64,000 nt of DNA from Bdellovibrionales bacterium (GTDB taxonomy: Bacteria > Bdellovibrionota > Bdellovibrionia > Bdellovibrionales > JAGQZY01): assembly GCA_964229765.1 (NCBI GenBank), contig CAXREJ010000053.1, positions 121,129-185,128 on the forward strand, read 5' to 3'. Positions 9,056 through 17,291 of this stretch are shown here, in pieces. The stretch's first letter is position 1; each line of letters starts with the position of its first letter. The notes under the pieces are model-generated. The model did not search any database, had not been told where the DNA came from, and saw only the letters and a program-made list of their open reading frames with translations. The position numbers and the translations under genes are program-made.

Positions 9056-10096
9056 TTAATTGAGTGATTCGCTAAGTTCTTGCAAGTCTTGAAAATAATG
9101 AAAAGCCACCCCGATGTCATCAGCCATTTTTTTAAATTCATCGTTGACGACAAAGTGAGAATGCCACCAGGACTCTCTAATCAAGATAGCCCTCACCCGC
9201 TCTTTGTATTTTTTTGCAATACTTAAATAAAGTTGTGGATCCTCTTGCCCCGCATCTCCAATTAATAAAATTTCTAGTTTGGGATACATTGACATAATCT
9301 CTTCAATGCGTGCTTTTTTATGGCGATGTTTCAATGTCGAGTCAGTCACCGGTGTTTTGGTCTGCGTATCATTAAGAATGAGAGCGCCCGCAGGGAAATC
9401 ATTGTGCTCTAAAAAGCCAGAAAGGACGGGATAAATATTCCAAGTGCTGCTGGAGACATAAAAAAAGAGTCCTGGTTTGCCAGTGTAGGCACCTTTTTGC
9501 AGGTCTTTATAAAAGGCACTGGCTTCATCAAAAGTTTTACGTTTTGAGACCGGAAAAAAGAGCGTTCTAAAAGCCACTTGTAAAAAACTCGTGGCTCGAC
9601 TTTTAATTATTGTGTCGTCGACATCGCTTATAACAAGAAGCTGTGTCTTCTGCTCTGGTAATATAAAGCGACCTGGCCAAACGCGGTCTGGTTTTTGATA
9701 AAAAGGTTTGAGTGAGAAGTAAACCCGAGGGCGCTCCTCATCAAGATCTGTCTTAATAGAGTCATTTAATTCGACTGTTTTGTAAAAGAAACCTTGGGAG
9801 TTTGTTTGAACTTCAAACATTTCTTCATGCACTTTGATATAAACTTTTTTGTTAGGAACTTTAAAGGTCAGAAAGAGTTTAGCCACTTGGTAAAAGTGAT
9901 AGATTCTTAATGAGTTTTTAGTAAAGTCATAGGGGTGGAATTCCTCCACCACGCGTCCCATAAGGTGAATTTGGGTTCCGTTGCCATAACCCGTGTAGGC
10001 TAATACGACATGGGAACCATGGGTGCCTATAAAAGTTCTTATTTGTCGTACAAGTGAACTAACGACAATTTCTAATTTTGCAAAAAACCATTTCAT
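9056..10096 (-). CDS. App1-like phosphatidate phosphatase family protein (DUF2183, HAD-like)
   Basis: Motifs LLVISDVDDTIIKS, LFFYVSSSTWNIYPVLSGFL, FPAGALILND and LLIGDAGQEDPQLY match the App1/DUF2183 DxDxT phosphatase pattern. Confidence 0.75.
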   Translation of the reverse strand: MKWFFAKLEIVVSSLVRQIRTFIGTHGSHVVLAYTGYGNGTQIHLMGRVVEEFHPYDFTKNSLRIYHFYQVAKLFLTFKVPNKKVYIKVHEEMFEVQTNSQGFFYKTVELNDSIKTDLDEERPRVYFSLKPFYQKPDRVWPGRFILPEQKTQLLVISDVDDTIIKSRATSFLQVAFRTLFFPVSKRKTFDEASAFYKDLQKGAYTGKPGLFFYVSSSTWNIYPVLSGFLEHNDFPAGALILNDTQTKTPVTDSTLKHRHKKARIEEIMSMYPKLEILLIGDAGQEDPQLYLSIAKKYKERVRAILIRESWWHSHFVVNDEFKKMADDIGVAFHYFQDLQELSESLN

Positions 10097-10250
10097 ACTT
10101 CGGGTTTAGATTATGGGTTTTTAAAGGGAAAGGATAGTTTGTGACTTATGGAGCTATGCGAAATGTGTCAGTTCTTGCAAATATTTTACTCATTTTTAAC
10201 AAGTTTTACGCAGAGTGAAACTGGCATAATTAGCCTGTTAAGGAGGAGTT

Positions 10251-10418
10251 ATGAAATTAACCGATACCATTCACTTTACAGAGAACCAAAAAAGATTGGC
10301 TGAAATTCTTATTCATACTTACATGCACGAGGGGGATTCAAGACCAAGGGCTACAGATAAGGCCTGGAAGCGTATTATTCAAAGATACCGTTTAGATCGC
10401 CGCCATAGAGCCTCATAA
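10251..10418 (+). CDS. Unlisted 55-aa basic micro-protein
   Basis: Below the 60-aa cut-off of the ORF track. AGGAGG lies 4-5 nt upstream of ATG 10251. Translation: MKLTDTIHFTENQKRLAEILIHTYMHEGDSRPRATDKAWKRIIQRYRLDRRHRAS, with stop TAA at 10416-10418. Confidence 0.5.
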   Translation: MKLTDTIHFTENQKRLAEILIHTYMHEGDSRPRATDKAWKRIIQRYRLDRRHRAS

Positions 10419-10511
10419 ATACACATAAACTCAGAAAAGACTTCCTTTACACGTTTATCTCTTATTCCTAACTCTGAGTCCTTCAAAATTTTAAACAGCG
10501 CACAATAATAA

Positions 10512-10561
10512 GGTGAAAAGTTAAGTTGATACTAAATTGTAAGTAAACTTAACTTTCCACC
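10512..10561 (+). terminator. Long hairpin (16-bp arms, one mismatch, 18-nt loop) followed by a T-run; terminator or small structured RNA
   Basis: Arms are GGTGAAAAGTTAAGTT (10512-10527) and AACTTAACTTTCCACC (10546-10561), then tgtccattttt. It sits 94 nt downstream of the micro-ORF and upstream of the phoD-like gene. Confidence 0.4.
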
Positions 10562-10725
10562 TGTCCATTTTTCCCAAATCGAATTCTTAATAATATAAAA
10601 TTAGGTTAAGTTTCTATTCCAATCACACATTCTTTTGTCATGCCCCTTCTTTGGGTATAAAAGTGGTTTTGTTTTTAAGCCTATGGCTCAATCATTATTA
10701 TCTTAAACACAGGATGTAGCTCACT

Positions 10726-12126
10726 ATGCGTTTTTTATTAATATTTATTTTAATTCTATGTGGTTGCCAGTCGTTACCCCAGAAATCAATAGAATCAACG
10801 ATTCAAGGTGATCAAACGAAGGCTCCTGGTTGGGTCTCTGCTTTTCAAACGATGACAACTGACAGAGCAACAAATATTAACATCCTTAGACCTCGCTATG
10901 CTCATTTATACTATTATCTCTCTGAGTATGATCCTCAAAATGTAGATTCCTGGAAGAACGGAAAAGAGATAAAAAAAATTCGCACCACCAAGGGTAAAAA
11001 AATTCATTGGGAAGTGGATAGAGTTTTAATCAATAATCTCGACCCCGAAAAAACATATCAATTGAGTATGGTCAATCGTGGAAGAAACAAGACCATTGAT
11101 TGGCGAGTGTTTAAGACTTTGCCTGTTAACAACAATAAAACTCGCTTTATTCTTGGATCCTGTATGTCAGACTCTTTTGCCTATGAGCACGTGCGCTCTA
11201 GAATTTGGGACCAGATGTTAGAGAAGAAAGCGGACTTTATTGTTCTACTTGGAGACGAAGTTTACGTTGATGACTTTGATTTTGTAAAAAGAAATCAAGC
11301 AACAGAGTTTGATATATGGACTCGTTATATTGATAGTTTTAGAAAAATCCCTCTATTTCAGAATCGACAACTTATCCCCATTTTGGCGGTTTGGGATGAT
11401 CATGATTTCGGAACTAATAATTCTGATAAGACTTTTAAAAGTAAAGAATCTGCTAAAAAGATATTCCAAGCCTTTTTTGGTGGGGAACCATTGAAAAATT
11501 ATTATGAGTTTTCTCGCAACGGTGTCTCTTTTAGCTTCAAAGGTTTTGGTCAAAAATTTATTTTTATGGATAATCGCTATTTCCGAGATCCAGTAAATAC
11601 AGCTCCTTTCGGGCAATGGGGTAAGGAACAGCATCAATGGTTTGAAAGACAAATTAGTGAATCTAAGTCCCCTATTTGGTTAGCTAATGGTGGGCAGTTT
11701 TTTGCCAAAGCCACTGTCGTGGAGCGCGATAATGGAACAAAGAAACAAGTTAATGAGTCTTTTGTTGATGATCATCCAAAGCATTTTAAAAAACTATTGC
11801 AAGGATTAAAAGGTTTGAAACAGCCTGCGATTTTCTTATCTGGTGATATTCATTACTCTGAAATTGCGAAGATCGAAAAAGAACTTCTTGGTTACGAGAC
11901 CTATGAGATCACTTCCAGTCCTATCCATAGCTTTATTTTTCGCAATAATGATGGTTCAGAGAGTTGGTTAAATAATCCGAGAAGAATTGTTTCTGTAAAA
12001 GAACACAATTATTTAGTCGTGGATTTTGAGTTCAACAACAAAATAGAGATCAATGTTAAATCTTTTGGGGTAAAACAAGAGTCACCTTATTTTGAACAAG
12101 ATCTGGTGGTGGACAAAAAGCTTTAA
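10726..12126 (+). CDS. phoD: PhoD-family alkaline phosphatase / metallophosphoesterase lipoprotein
   Basis: Lipobox LILCGC|Q. Motifs LGDEVYVDD, AVWDDHDFGTNNSD and FLSGDIHYSE are typical of PhoD-like phosphatases. Confidence 0.8.
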   Translation: MRFLLIFILILCGCQSLPQKSIESTIQGDQTKAPGWVSAFQTMTTDRATNINILRPRYAHLYYYLSEYDPQNVDSWKNGKEIKKIRTTKGKKIHWEVDRVLINNLDPEKTYQLSMVNRGRNKTIDWRVFKTLPVNNNKTRFILGSCMSDSFAYEHVRSRIWDQMLEKKADFIVLLGDEVYVDDFDFVKRNQATEFDIWTRYIDSFRKIPLFQNRQLIPILAVWDDHDFGTNNSDKTFKSKESAKKIFQAFFGGEPLKNYYEFSRNGVSFSFKGFGQKFIFMDNRYFRDPVNTAPFGQWGKEQHQWFERQISESKSPIWLANGGQFFAKATVVERDNGTKKQVNESFVDDHPKHFKKLLQGLKGLKQPAIFLSGDIHYSEIAKIEKELLGYETYEITSSPIHSFIFRNNDGSESWLNNPRRIVSVKEHNYLVVDFEFNNKIEINVKSFGVKQESPYFEQDLVVDKKL

Positions 12127-12554
12127 GCCGCTTTTTCTTTATCTTGTATTGCTTTAACAGCACTGGAGAGCGACTCATCGACGATGCCATTTCTTCTTAA
12201 GATATCGTTGGTTCTATGAAGTTTGAAGACCAAGCCGCGAGTGAGTGCCGATAACCAGTTAGGCACTTTTTTAAGTTCCTCATCTAAAACTTGACTGGAA
12301 ATTTTAATACACTCTGTTTTAGTAAGAGCAACGGCGTTTGCCGAATGAGGGCGACTAGAGATAAGGGACATTTCTCCCAAGTACTCACCCGACTGCACCA
12401 TACCCATGATGATCTTTTTCTTGTGAGAATTAAGTCTATAAATTTGCACTTGCCCTGATTTTACAATGAAAAGAGAATCGCATTGAGCTCCTTCTCTTAA
12501 GATAAACTCGCCAGGTAAATAGCTAATGGTTTGAACTTTCTCATTTTGATTCAT
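12123..12554 (-). CDS. Stand-alone cyclic-nucleotide-binding domain protein
   Basis: 143 aa. cNMP-binding beta-barrel pattern (FILREGAQCDSLFIVKSGQVQIY....GEYLGEMSLIS.RPHSANAVA). No HTH or other output domain. Its stop overlaps the phoD stop (TTAA at 12123-12126). Confidence 0.75.
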   Translation of the reverse strand: MNQNEKVQTISYLPGEFILREGAQCDSLFIVKSGQVQIYRLNSHKKKIIMGMVQSGEYLGEMSLISSRPHSANAVALTKTECIKISSQVLDEELKKVPNWLSALTRGLVFKLHRTNDILRRNGIVDESLSSAVKAIQDKEKAA

Positions 12555-12589
12555 CGTACACCCTTAAAAACAATTACTAGAAGATCTTC

Positions 12590-12640
12590 ATCATTCTTTT
12601 CGGAATGATCAAATAAGAACTTTATCATTCTAAGAATGAT
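12590..12640. promoter_or_regulatory. Two copies of the inverted repeat ATCATTC-Nx-GAATGAT (12590-12609, loop 6; 12624-12640, loop 3)
   Basis: Read from the sequence. Located 36-86 nt upstream of the cNMP-domain gene start (12554) and downstream of the 12697 gene. Could be an operator pair or tandem terminator hairpins. Confidence 0.4.
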
Positions 12641-12696
12641 TTAAAGACTTTGATAGATTTTTTGAGACTTTGTTAAACGGTAAAAGATGATATTAA

Positions 12697-12993
12697 CTAA
12701 TTGGAAGACTTGTTGCCTCGACGAGAAGATCGCCCCTGATCTTCAGTGCTAATGCCGTTCTGTCCTTCCGCTTTGAAGGGTGTCTCGCTGTCGCCGCCGA
12801 GGGTGACTTGACTGCTTTGATCGCTTAAGACCACATAGGGTTGAAAATCAGACCACAGAAGATTCATGGCTGAAACAGATGGACCGCTCTCTCTACCAAT
12901 GCGGTCATTGGGGTCTGTTGAGCTGGAGTTTGTCTGTGACCATGCCACAGAAGAGCTTAATAAAAATAATAAAATTAATATTTGTTTTTTCAT
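12697..12993 (-). CDS. Small secreted hypothetical protein
   Basis: I place the start at the internal ATG 12993, giving MKKQILILLFLLSSSVAWSQ, a clean signal peptide. The rest is low-complexity and Ser/Gly/Asp-rich. Confidence 0.5.
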   Translation of the reverse strand: MKKQILILLFLLSSSVAWSQTNSSSTDPNDRIGRESGPSVSAMNLLWSDFQPYVVLSDQSSQVTLGGDSETPFKAEGQNGISTEDQGRSSRRGNKSSN

Positions 12994-13275
12994 TATTATC
13001 CGTATCGGTAGATCTTTTAAAAGACCATACTTAAAAATAACAAAAGCGGCTCTAAGGGTCCACTTTTGATTCAAAAACCTGATTTTTTTCTTTGCAAAGC
13101 CCTAAAAACTGGTAAAAAGTACATGAGTATGTCTCATTTTTAGACCACGAATGTAACGAATGCCGCTTTAGTAAAGCTCCCTGTTTGGTTGACGACATCG
13201 TCGAAGTACAGTTTGTTGGACTTTATTAAAGTGGTATCAACAAGAATCCTTAACTAAAGGGTTTTACGATTTAAA

Positions 13276-14022
13276 GTGCTAATGCTTAATGGAGTGCAAT
13301 TGGAATTTCCAAAGAGAGAAAAAATATTTGTTGTGCTGGCAGCCCTCTTCTTTTGTTTTATGACTTTACTCAATATTTTGGGTATCACACGTTTTGTCCA
13401 ACTTGGCCCCTTTGCCATAGCGATTGGTGTGCTTCCCTACCCGTTGACTTTTTTAATTACAGATTTAATCAGTGAGTTGTATGGAAAAAGTCGAGCTAAC
13501 TTTGTGGTGTGGGTTGGGTTAGGTCTTAATATTTTTATTTTTGTATTTTTATTTTTTGCGGATTTATTCCCATCGGTGGAGCCGAGCTCACAGCCTCCTT
13601 GGCAAAACCTAAATCTAAAAGATGGTATTTTGTTAGCGACGGGACAGAAAGTAACAGGACAAGTAGAGCTTTTTAAAATTCTTTATTCCTGTGCTTCAGG
13701 AGCGGTTTTTGCTTCCATGGTTGCATACGTCGCTGCACAGTTTATAGATGTTCAGATATTTCATTTTTTAAAAAAGAAAACTAAGGGAAAAGCTCTTTGG
13801 TTAAGAAATAACGTCAGTACAATGGTGTCGCAACTTCTTGACTCAATTGTTGTGATATCGGTGACTTTTGGGCAGAGCCTTCTTCATGGTGAGATCACTT
13901 CATCAACATTTATAACATTACTGATGAGTAATTATTTGTTTAAATGGACAGCATCACTTTTAGATACTCTGCCAATGTACTATCTTGTAGCTAAACTTAA
14001 GCCCCATGTAGAAGCTCTTTAA
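13276..14022 (+). CDS. yhhQ: Queuosine-precursor transporter (YhhQ/DUF165, VUT family)
   Basis: Motif LPYPLTFLITDLISELYGKSRAN and six hydrophobic segments are typical of YhhQ. GTG 13276 or ATG 13282 could be the start. Confidence 0.75.
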   Translation: MLMLNGVQLEFPKREKIFVVLAALFFCFMTLLNILGITRFVQLGPFAIAIGVLPYPLTFLITDLISELYGKSRANFVVWVGLGLNIFIFVFLFFADLFPSVEPSSQPPWQNLNLKDGILLATGQKVTGQVELFKILYSCASGAVFASMVAYVAAQFIDVQIFHFLKKKTKGKALWLRNNVSTMVSQLLDSIVVISVTFGQSLLHGEITSSTFITLLMSNYLFKWTASLLDTLPMYYLVAKLKPHVEAL

Positions 14023-14110
14023 GTCGTCAACTTGACCTAAGTCTTACGCCTACCTTTTGCTTTTTCTATTATTCATTCATAATAGAAATATACAACAAGG
14101 GGCGAATAAC

Positions 14111-14917
14111 ATGCGCGCTGCAATTTTAGGATTCTTCATTTTACCTTTTGTCATCAGTTCTTGCTCAACCAATCCTCCCGTGCAGGAAGAAGTGATTCCT
14201 CCTCCATCCCAGGATAGCTCATCAGAAAAAAAAGCCGATATCTGGAGTTGGCAGTACGACAACGGGCCTCGTGGGCCTGAGAATTGGTCAAAACTAAACC
14301 GTCAGTATGATATGTGTTCAGCCGGAGCAAAGCAGTCTCCCGTGAACTTAGTTTGGCATGCTCCTCAAAAGAATAATCCTTTAGAGATTAGTTATAAGCC
14401 AGGTACTGCCACAATTATTGATGCTGGTTATACTTTACGGGTGGACTTAACTCCACAAAGTCAGATTAGTTATTTGGGTCGAGACTATTTATTAGAAAAG
14501 ATTGAAATACGTTCTCCTAGTGAACATACCTTGTCTGGTAATCAGCTGCCTATGGAGTTGCAGTTTTATCACAGGTCTTCTAATGGCCTCAAGCAAGCAG
14601 TTATCAGTCTTTTTGTTATTACAGGCCGAGGCAGTGCTTGGTTTGATGATTTATGGCAAAAAAGTGAGGGTTTGCCAAACTTTCAATCTTCAACCTCTTT
14701 TCGCTTTAATCCTGAGCAGTTGATTCCGCCGCGAAAAACATTTTACCACTACGAAGGATCTTTAACGCATCCACCTTGCCTTGAAGGCGTACAATGGTTT
14801 GTATTCAATACGCCTTTACAGTTGAGCCAAGAGCAAATTCAACGTTTTAGAGATCGTTTTGAAAAAAACAATCGACCCACTCAAAAGTTAAATGATCGCA
14901 CTATAATCAATTATTAA
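14111..14917 (+). CDS. Alpha-carbonic-anhydrase-fold lipoprotein, apparently lacking the zinc-ligand histidines
   Basis: I place the start at ATG 14111 (AAGGGG upstream), giving the lipobox FVISSC|S. Alpha-CA signatures are present: WSWQYDNGPRGPENWSKL, CSAGAKQSPVNL, SPSEHTLSGNQLPMEL, YEGSLTHPPCLEGVQWFVF. The HFH and HLVH positions read IEIR and QFYH. Confidence 0.8.
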   Translation: MRAAILGFFILPFVISSCSTNPPVQEEVIPPPSQDSSSEKKADIWSWQYDNGPRGPENWSKLNRQYDMCSAGAKQSPVNLVWHAPQKNNPLEISYKPGTATIIDAGYTLRVDLTPQSQISYLGRDYLLEKIEIRSPSEHTLSGNQLPMELQFYHRSSNGLKQAVISLFVITGRGSAWFDDLWQKSEGLPNFQSSTSFRFNPEQLIPPRKTFYHYEGSLTHPPCLEGVQWFVFNTPLQLSQEQIQRFRDRFEKNNRPTQKLNDRTIINY

Positions 14918-14925
14918 AGATGAAG

Positions 14926-14956
14926 AGCCTGTGTCTCGTTAAATGATTCACAGGCT
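14926..14956. terminator. Hairpin between convergent genes (AGCCTGTG ... CACAGGCT, 8-bp stem, 15-nt loop)
   Basis: Read from the sequence. No strong T-run on either side. Confidence 0.35.
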
Positions 14957-15002
14957 AAAGATTGATTTAAAAATACAATAAGAAATAATATTTTCAAGTT
15001 CT

Positions 15003-15575
15003 CTAGAGATTGACCAAGTTAGGTAGGTCAAGTTCAGGAAGAAACTCAAGGCCACAATGGCTAAACTGTGCTGCAATAGCATCAGAAGATCCTCTTAAGG
15101 AGAACCTTATAGACTTCACCTCACCAGAACTATCTAAATAACGTGATGTTAAGTTATTATAACGGCGAATGGCACTCACTAGTCCTTCACGATCATCAAA
15201 AAGTACTCTTGCGCCCACTAAGTTGGTGTTTTGTGGTTGTATGGGTAACAATTGAAATTGTTGAGAGGAACCGTCTGTTCTAACGACCACGTCAAGAAAG
15301 CTAAAATTAGCTTGAGTGACTACATTAACCTCAGGTTCAGAAAATAAGTCTGTGTTGAGGTCGTAGTAAGCCACTACTTCTAAAGTGGATTGACCATCTT
15401 CACTCATCGTAAAAGCTGAACATGTGGGTCTTTGCCAAATTTCATGGTTTTGAGATGTTTCACTATCCCAGGCTTTACCGGTTTGTTGAGAGTCTACGAT
15501 GATTTCGTCAACGATTTGCGCTTGAGCGTTTAGTGCAATGACTAAATAAGACAATATTAAAATTAATTTTCCCAT
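15003..15575 (-). CDS. Secreted hypothetical protein
   Basis: Start placed at ATG 15575 (GGGGGA RBS), giving signal peptide MGKLILILSYLVIALNAQAQ. It begins 1 nt after the stop of the upstream coiled-coil gene. Confidence 0.55.
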   Translation of the reverse strand: MGKLILILSYLVIALNAQAQIVDEIIVDSQQTGKAWDSETSQNHEIWQRPTCSAFTMSEDGQSTLEVVAYYDLNTDLFSEPEVNVVTQANFSFLDVVVRTDGSSQQFQLLPIQPQNTNLVGARVLFDDREGLVSAIRRYNNLTSRYLDSSGEVKSIRFSLRGSSDAIAAQFSHCGLEFLPELDLPNLVNL

Positions 15576-15576
15576 T

Positions 15577-17142
15577 TTAGTTTCCCCCGTTTTTTTGTAA
15601 CTCGATTGAATCCATAAGTTGATTCGCAAGATCATTTAGTTTTTCTTTTTTACTATTTATTTTTGTAATTAGGTTGTTAAAGAGTTTGGCCGCACTCTCA
15701 TAAGCAAGTTTGTCTTTATCCGCTTGGTTTTTTAGAGGACTAATTTCTTGAACTTTGCTTTGAAGGTTGGCTTCTCTTTCTTGAATCAATGTTTGCTGCG
15801 CCGGTATTTTATTTTGAGCCGTCGCTATATTTTGATCCTGTGTGACCAAGTCGTTTCTTGCTGCTAAAAGTTGATTTTTTCGACTGAGGAGAACTCTTTT
15901 CTCTCCATTAAGTTGATCAATTAAGTTTTTAATAGGTCTGATATGAGTGCTGTGGAATTGATTGATCTGAGATTGAACCGAAGCAATTTGATTTTCAAAG
16001 TTTCGTATATCATTTTGAAGATTAACAGCCTCTATTTCTAGGTTGGTGATCAAACGACGACTTTCTTGAATGTCGCCGTTAATACGAATTTGTCTGATAT
16101 CTTCGTTGGCGATCTCTCTTTGTTTTTGAACAACTTCGTTTTCCAATCGACTGATCTGGCGATCGTTGTTGTCTTGTCGGGATTGAAGCTGAGAAATCTT
16201 GTTGCGGTTGCTTTGGATCTGAGTTGTCAATCTGTCGATCCTTTGATTTTGTTTGCGAAGTTGTTGTCTGAGTTCGCGTAGCCTGGCTTGAATGGCTGGA
16301 ACATCAGCACCAGGTTGGTTGAGTTCATTTTCTTTTTGTTGAATTCTTTGTTTAGTTTGATCTCTTCTTGCGACAACCTGTTGGCGGGTTTGATTTTTTG
16401 ATTGAGTATCCTGTCTTAGACTTCGAATTTCAGTCTGAATATTTTGATTTTCTCGTCGTAAATTAGGAATCTCATTCTGTCTTATCTGCACGACTCTGAT
16501 TCTGGCATTTTCTTCTCTATGTTCTGACCTTTGTAAATCCATTTGAAGCTGACTCAGTCTTGAAGTCTGAGATCGAATATCATTTCTTACTCGATTCAAT
16601 TGGTAAGTGGATTGCTGTTTTTGGTTTTCAAGACGTTCTTTTTGATTGATGTAGTTTTTGTACTCACTCGATAATTTGAGGTTTTCAATTTTATTATTAT
16701 TTTGATCGATTTCGGACTGTTTTCCATTGGCCTCTTGAGTGAGAGTCTGTGCTTTTTGCTCTAAAGAGTTAAGTGTCACTAGGTTAGCACTTGTAAATTC
16801 CCCCGAGTTAACAACCGATTGTTTAATTTTATCTTTTTCTTGTAATGATAGTGGCTCGACTTGTTTTAAGAAATTGAGGTGAAGCTTCTGAGTTTCAAGA
16901 TCTTGTGTTAATAATTGTATTTCTCTCCGAACGGAAGCATAGATGTTTTGAGAAGTAGTAGAAGCTTCTTTGGCCTGCTGAAGGTCAGCTGACTGCTGCT
17001 CAATTTGTTGTGGCCATTGTTTTTTTTCTAATAGAACTTCAGTATACAAATCATTGTAACTTTTTTGAATATTCTGAGTTGTGTTTTGCGCAAATCCTAT
17101 GCTGGTGCTGAATAGCAGACTTAATATAATACTCGTTTTCAT
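15577..17142 (-). CDS. Secreted Q/N/R/E-rich coiled-coil protein
   Basis: 521 aa with signal peptide MKTSIILSLLFSTSIGFAQN. The remainder is almost entirely heptad-like polar sequence (e.g. IRQNEIPNLRRENQNIQTEIRSLRQDTQSKNQTRQQVVARRDQTKQRIQQKENELNQ). Confidence 0.6.
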   Translation of the reverse strand: MKTSIILSLLFSTSIGFAQNTTQNIQKSYNDLYTEVLLEKKQWPQQIEQQSADLQQAKEASTTSQNIYASVRREIQLLTQDLETQKLHLNFLKQVEPLSLQEKDKIKQSVVNSGEFTSANLVTLNSLEQKAQTLTQEANGKQSEIDQNNNKIENLKLSSEYKNYINQKERLENQKQQSTYQLNRVRNDIRSQTSRLSQLQMDLQRSEHREENARIRVVQIRQNEIPNLRRENQNIQTEIRSLRQDTQSKNQTRQQVVARRDQTKQRIQQKENELNQPGADVPAIQARLRELRQQLRKQNQRIDRLTTQIQSNRNKISQLQSRQDNNDRQISRLENEVVQKQREIANEDIRQIRINGDIQESRRLITNLEIEAVNLQNDIRNFENQIASVQSQINQFHSTHIRPIKNLIDQLNGEKRVLLSRKNQLLAARNDLVTQDQNIATAQNKIPAQQTLIQEREANLQSKVQEISPLKNQADKDKLAYESAAKLFNNLITKINSKKEKLNDLANQLMDSIELQKNGGN

Positions 17143-17291
17143 AATCCCCTCCCCCGACAGAATCTGAAAAGTACTGTCTAGGAAAGAGTCCTAGCATGGG
17201 TTTTGTGCAAAAAACAATGTTTAAGATCTGTTTTCAATTTAAGAAAATAAAACTATGAGATTACAATTACTTAGGGGCTGTTGGTAGAGTT

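Noticed and set aside
12123-12126. Convergent genes overlapping at their stop codons (TTAA), and several convergent pairs only 8-16 nt apart (5740/5757, 9043/9056, 20109/20125, 23375/23386, 29598/29607)
   Set aside because: This is real but reflects general genome compaction. I do not consider it a discrete functional element without transcript data.
13075-13275. Possible preQ1 riboswitch upstream of the yhhQ-like queuosine-precursor transporter (segment CCCTAAAAACTGG at 13100-13112)
   Set aside because: YhhQ genes are often riboswitch-controlled, so I looked for one. I could not build the P1 stem and pseudoknot of preQ1-I, since the flanking CTTTGCAAAG has no loop. The segment also lies about 165 nt from the start codon. 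A covariance-model scan (Rfam RF00522, RF01054, RF02680) would settle it.
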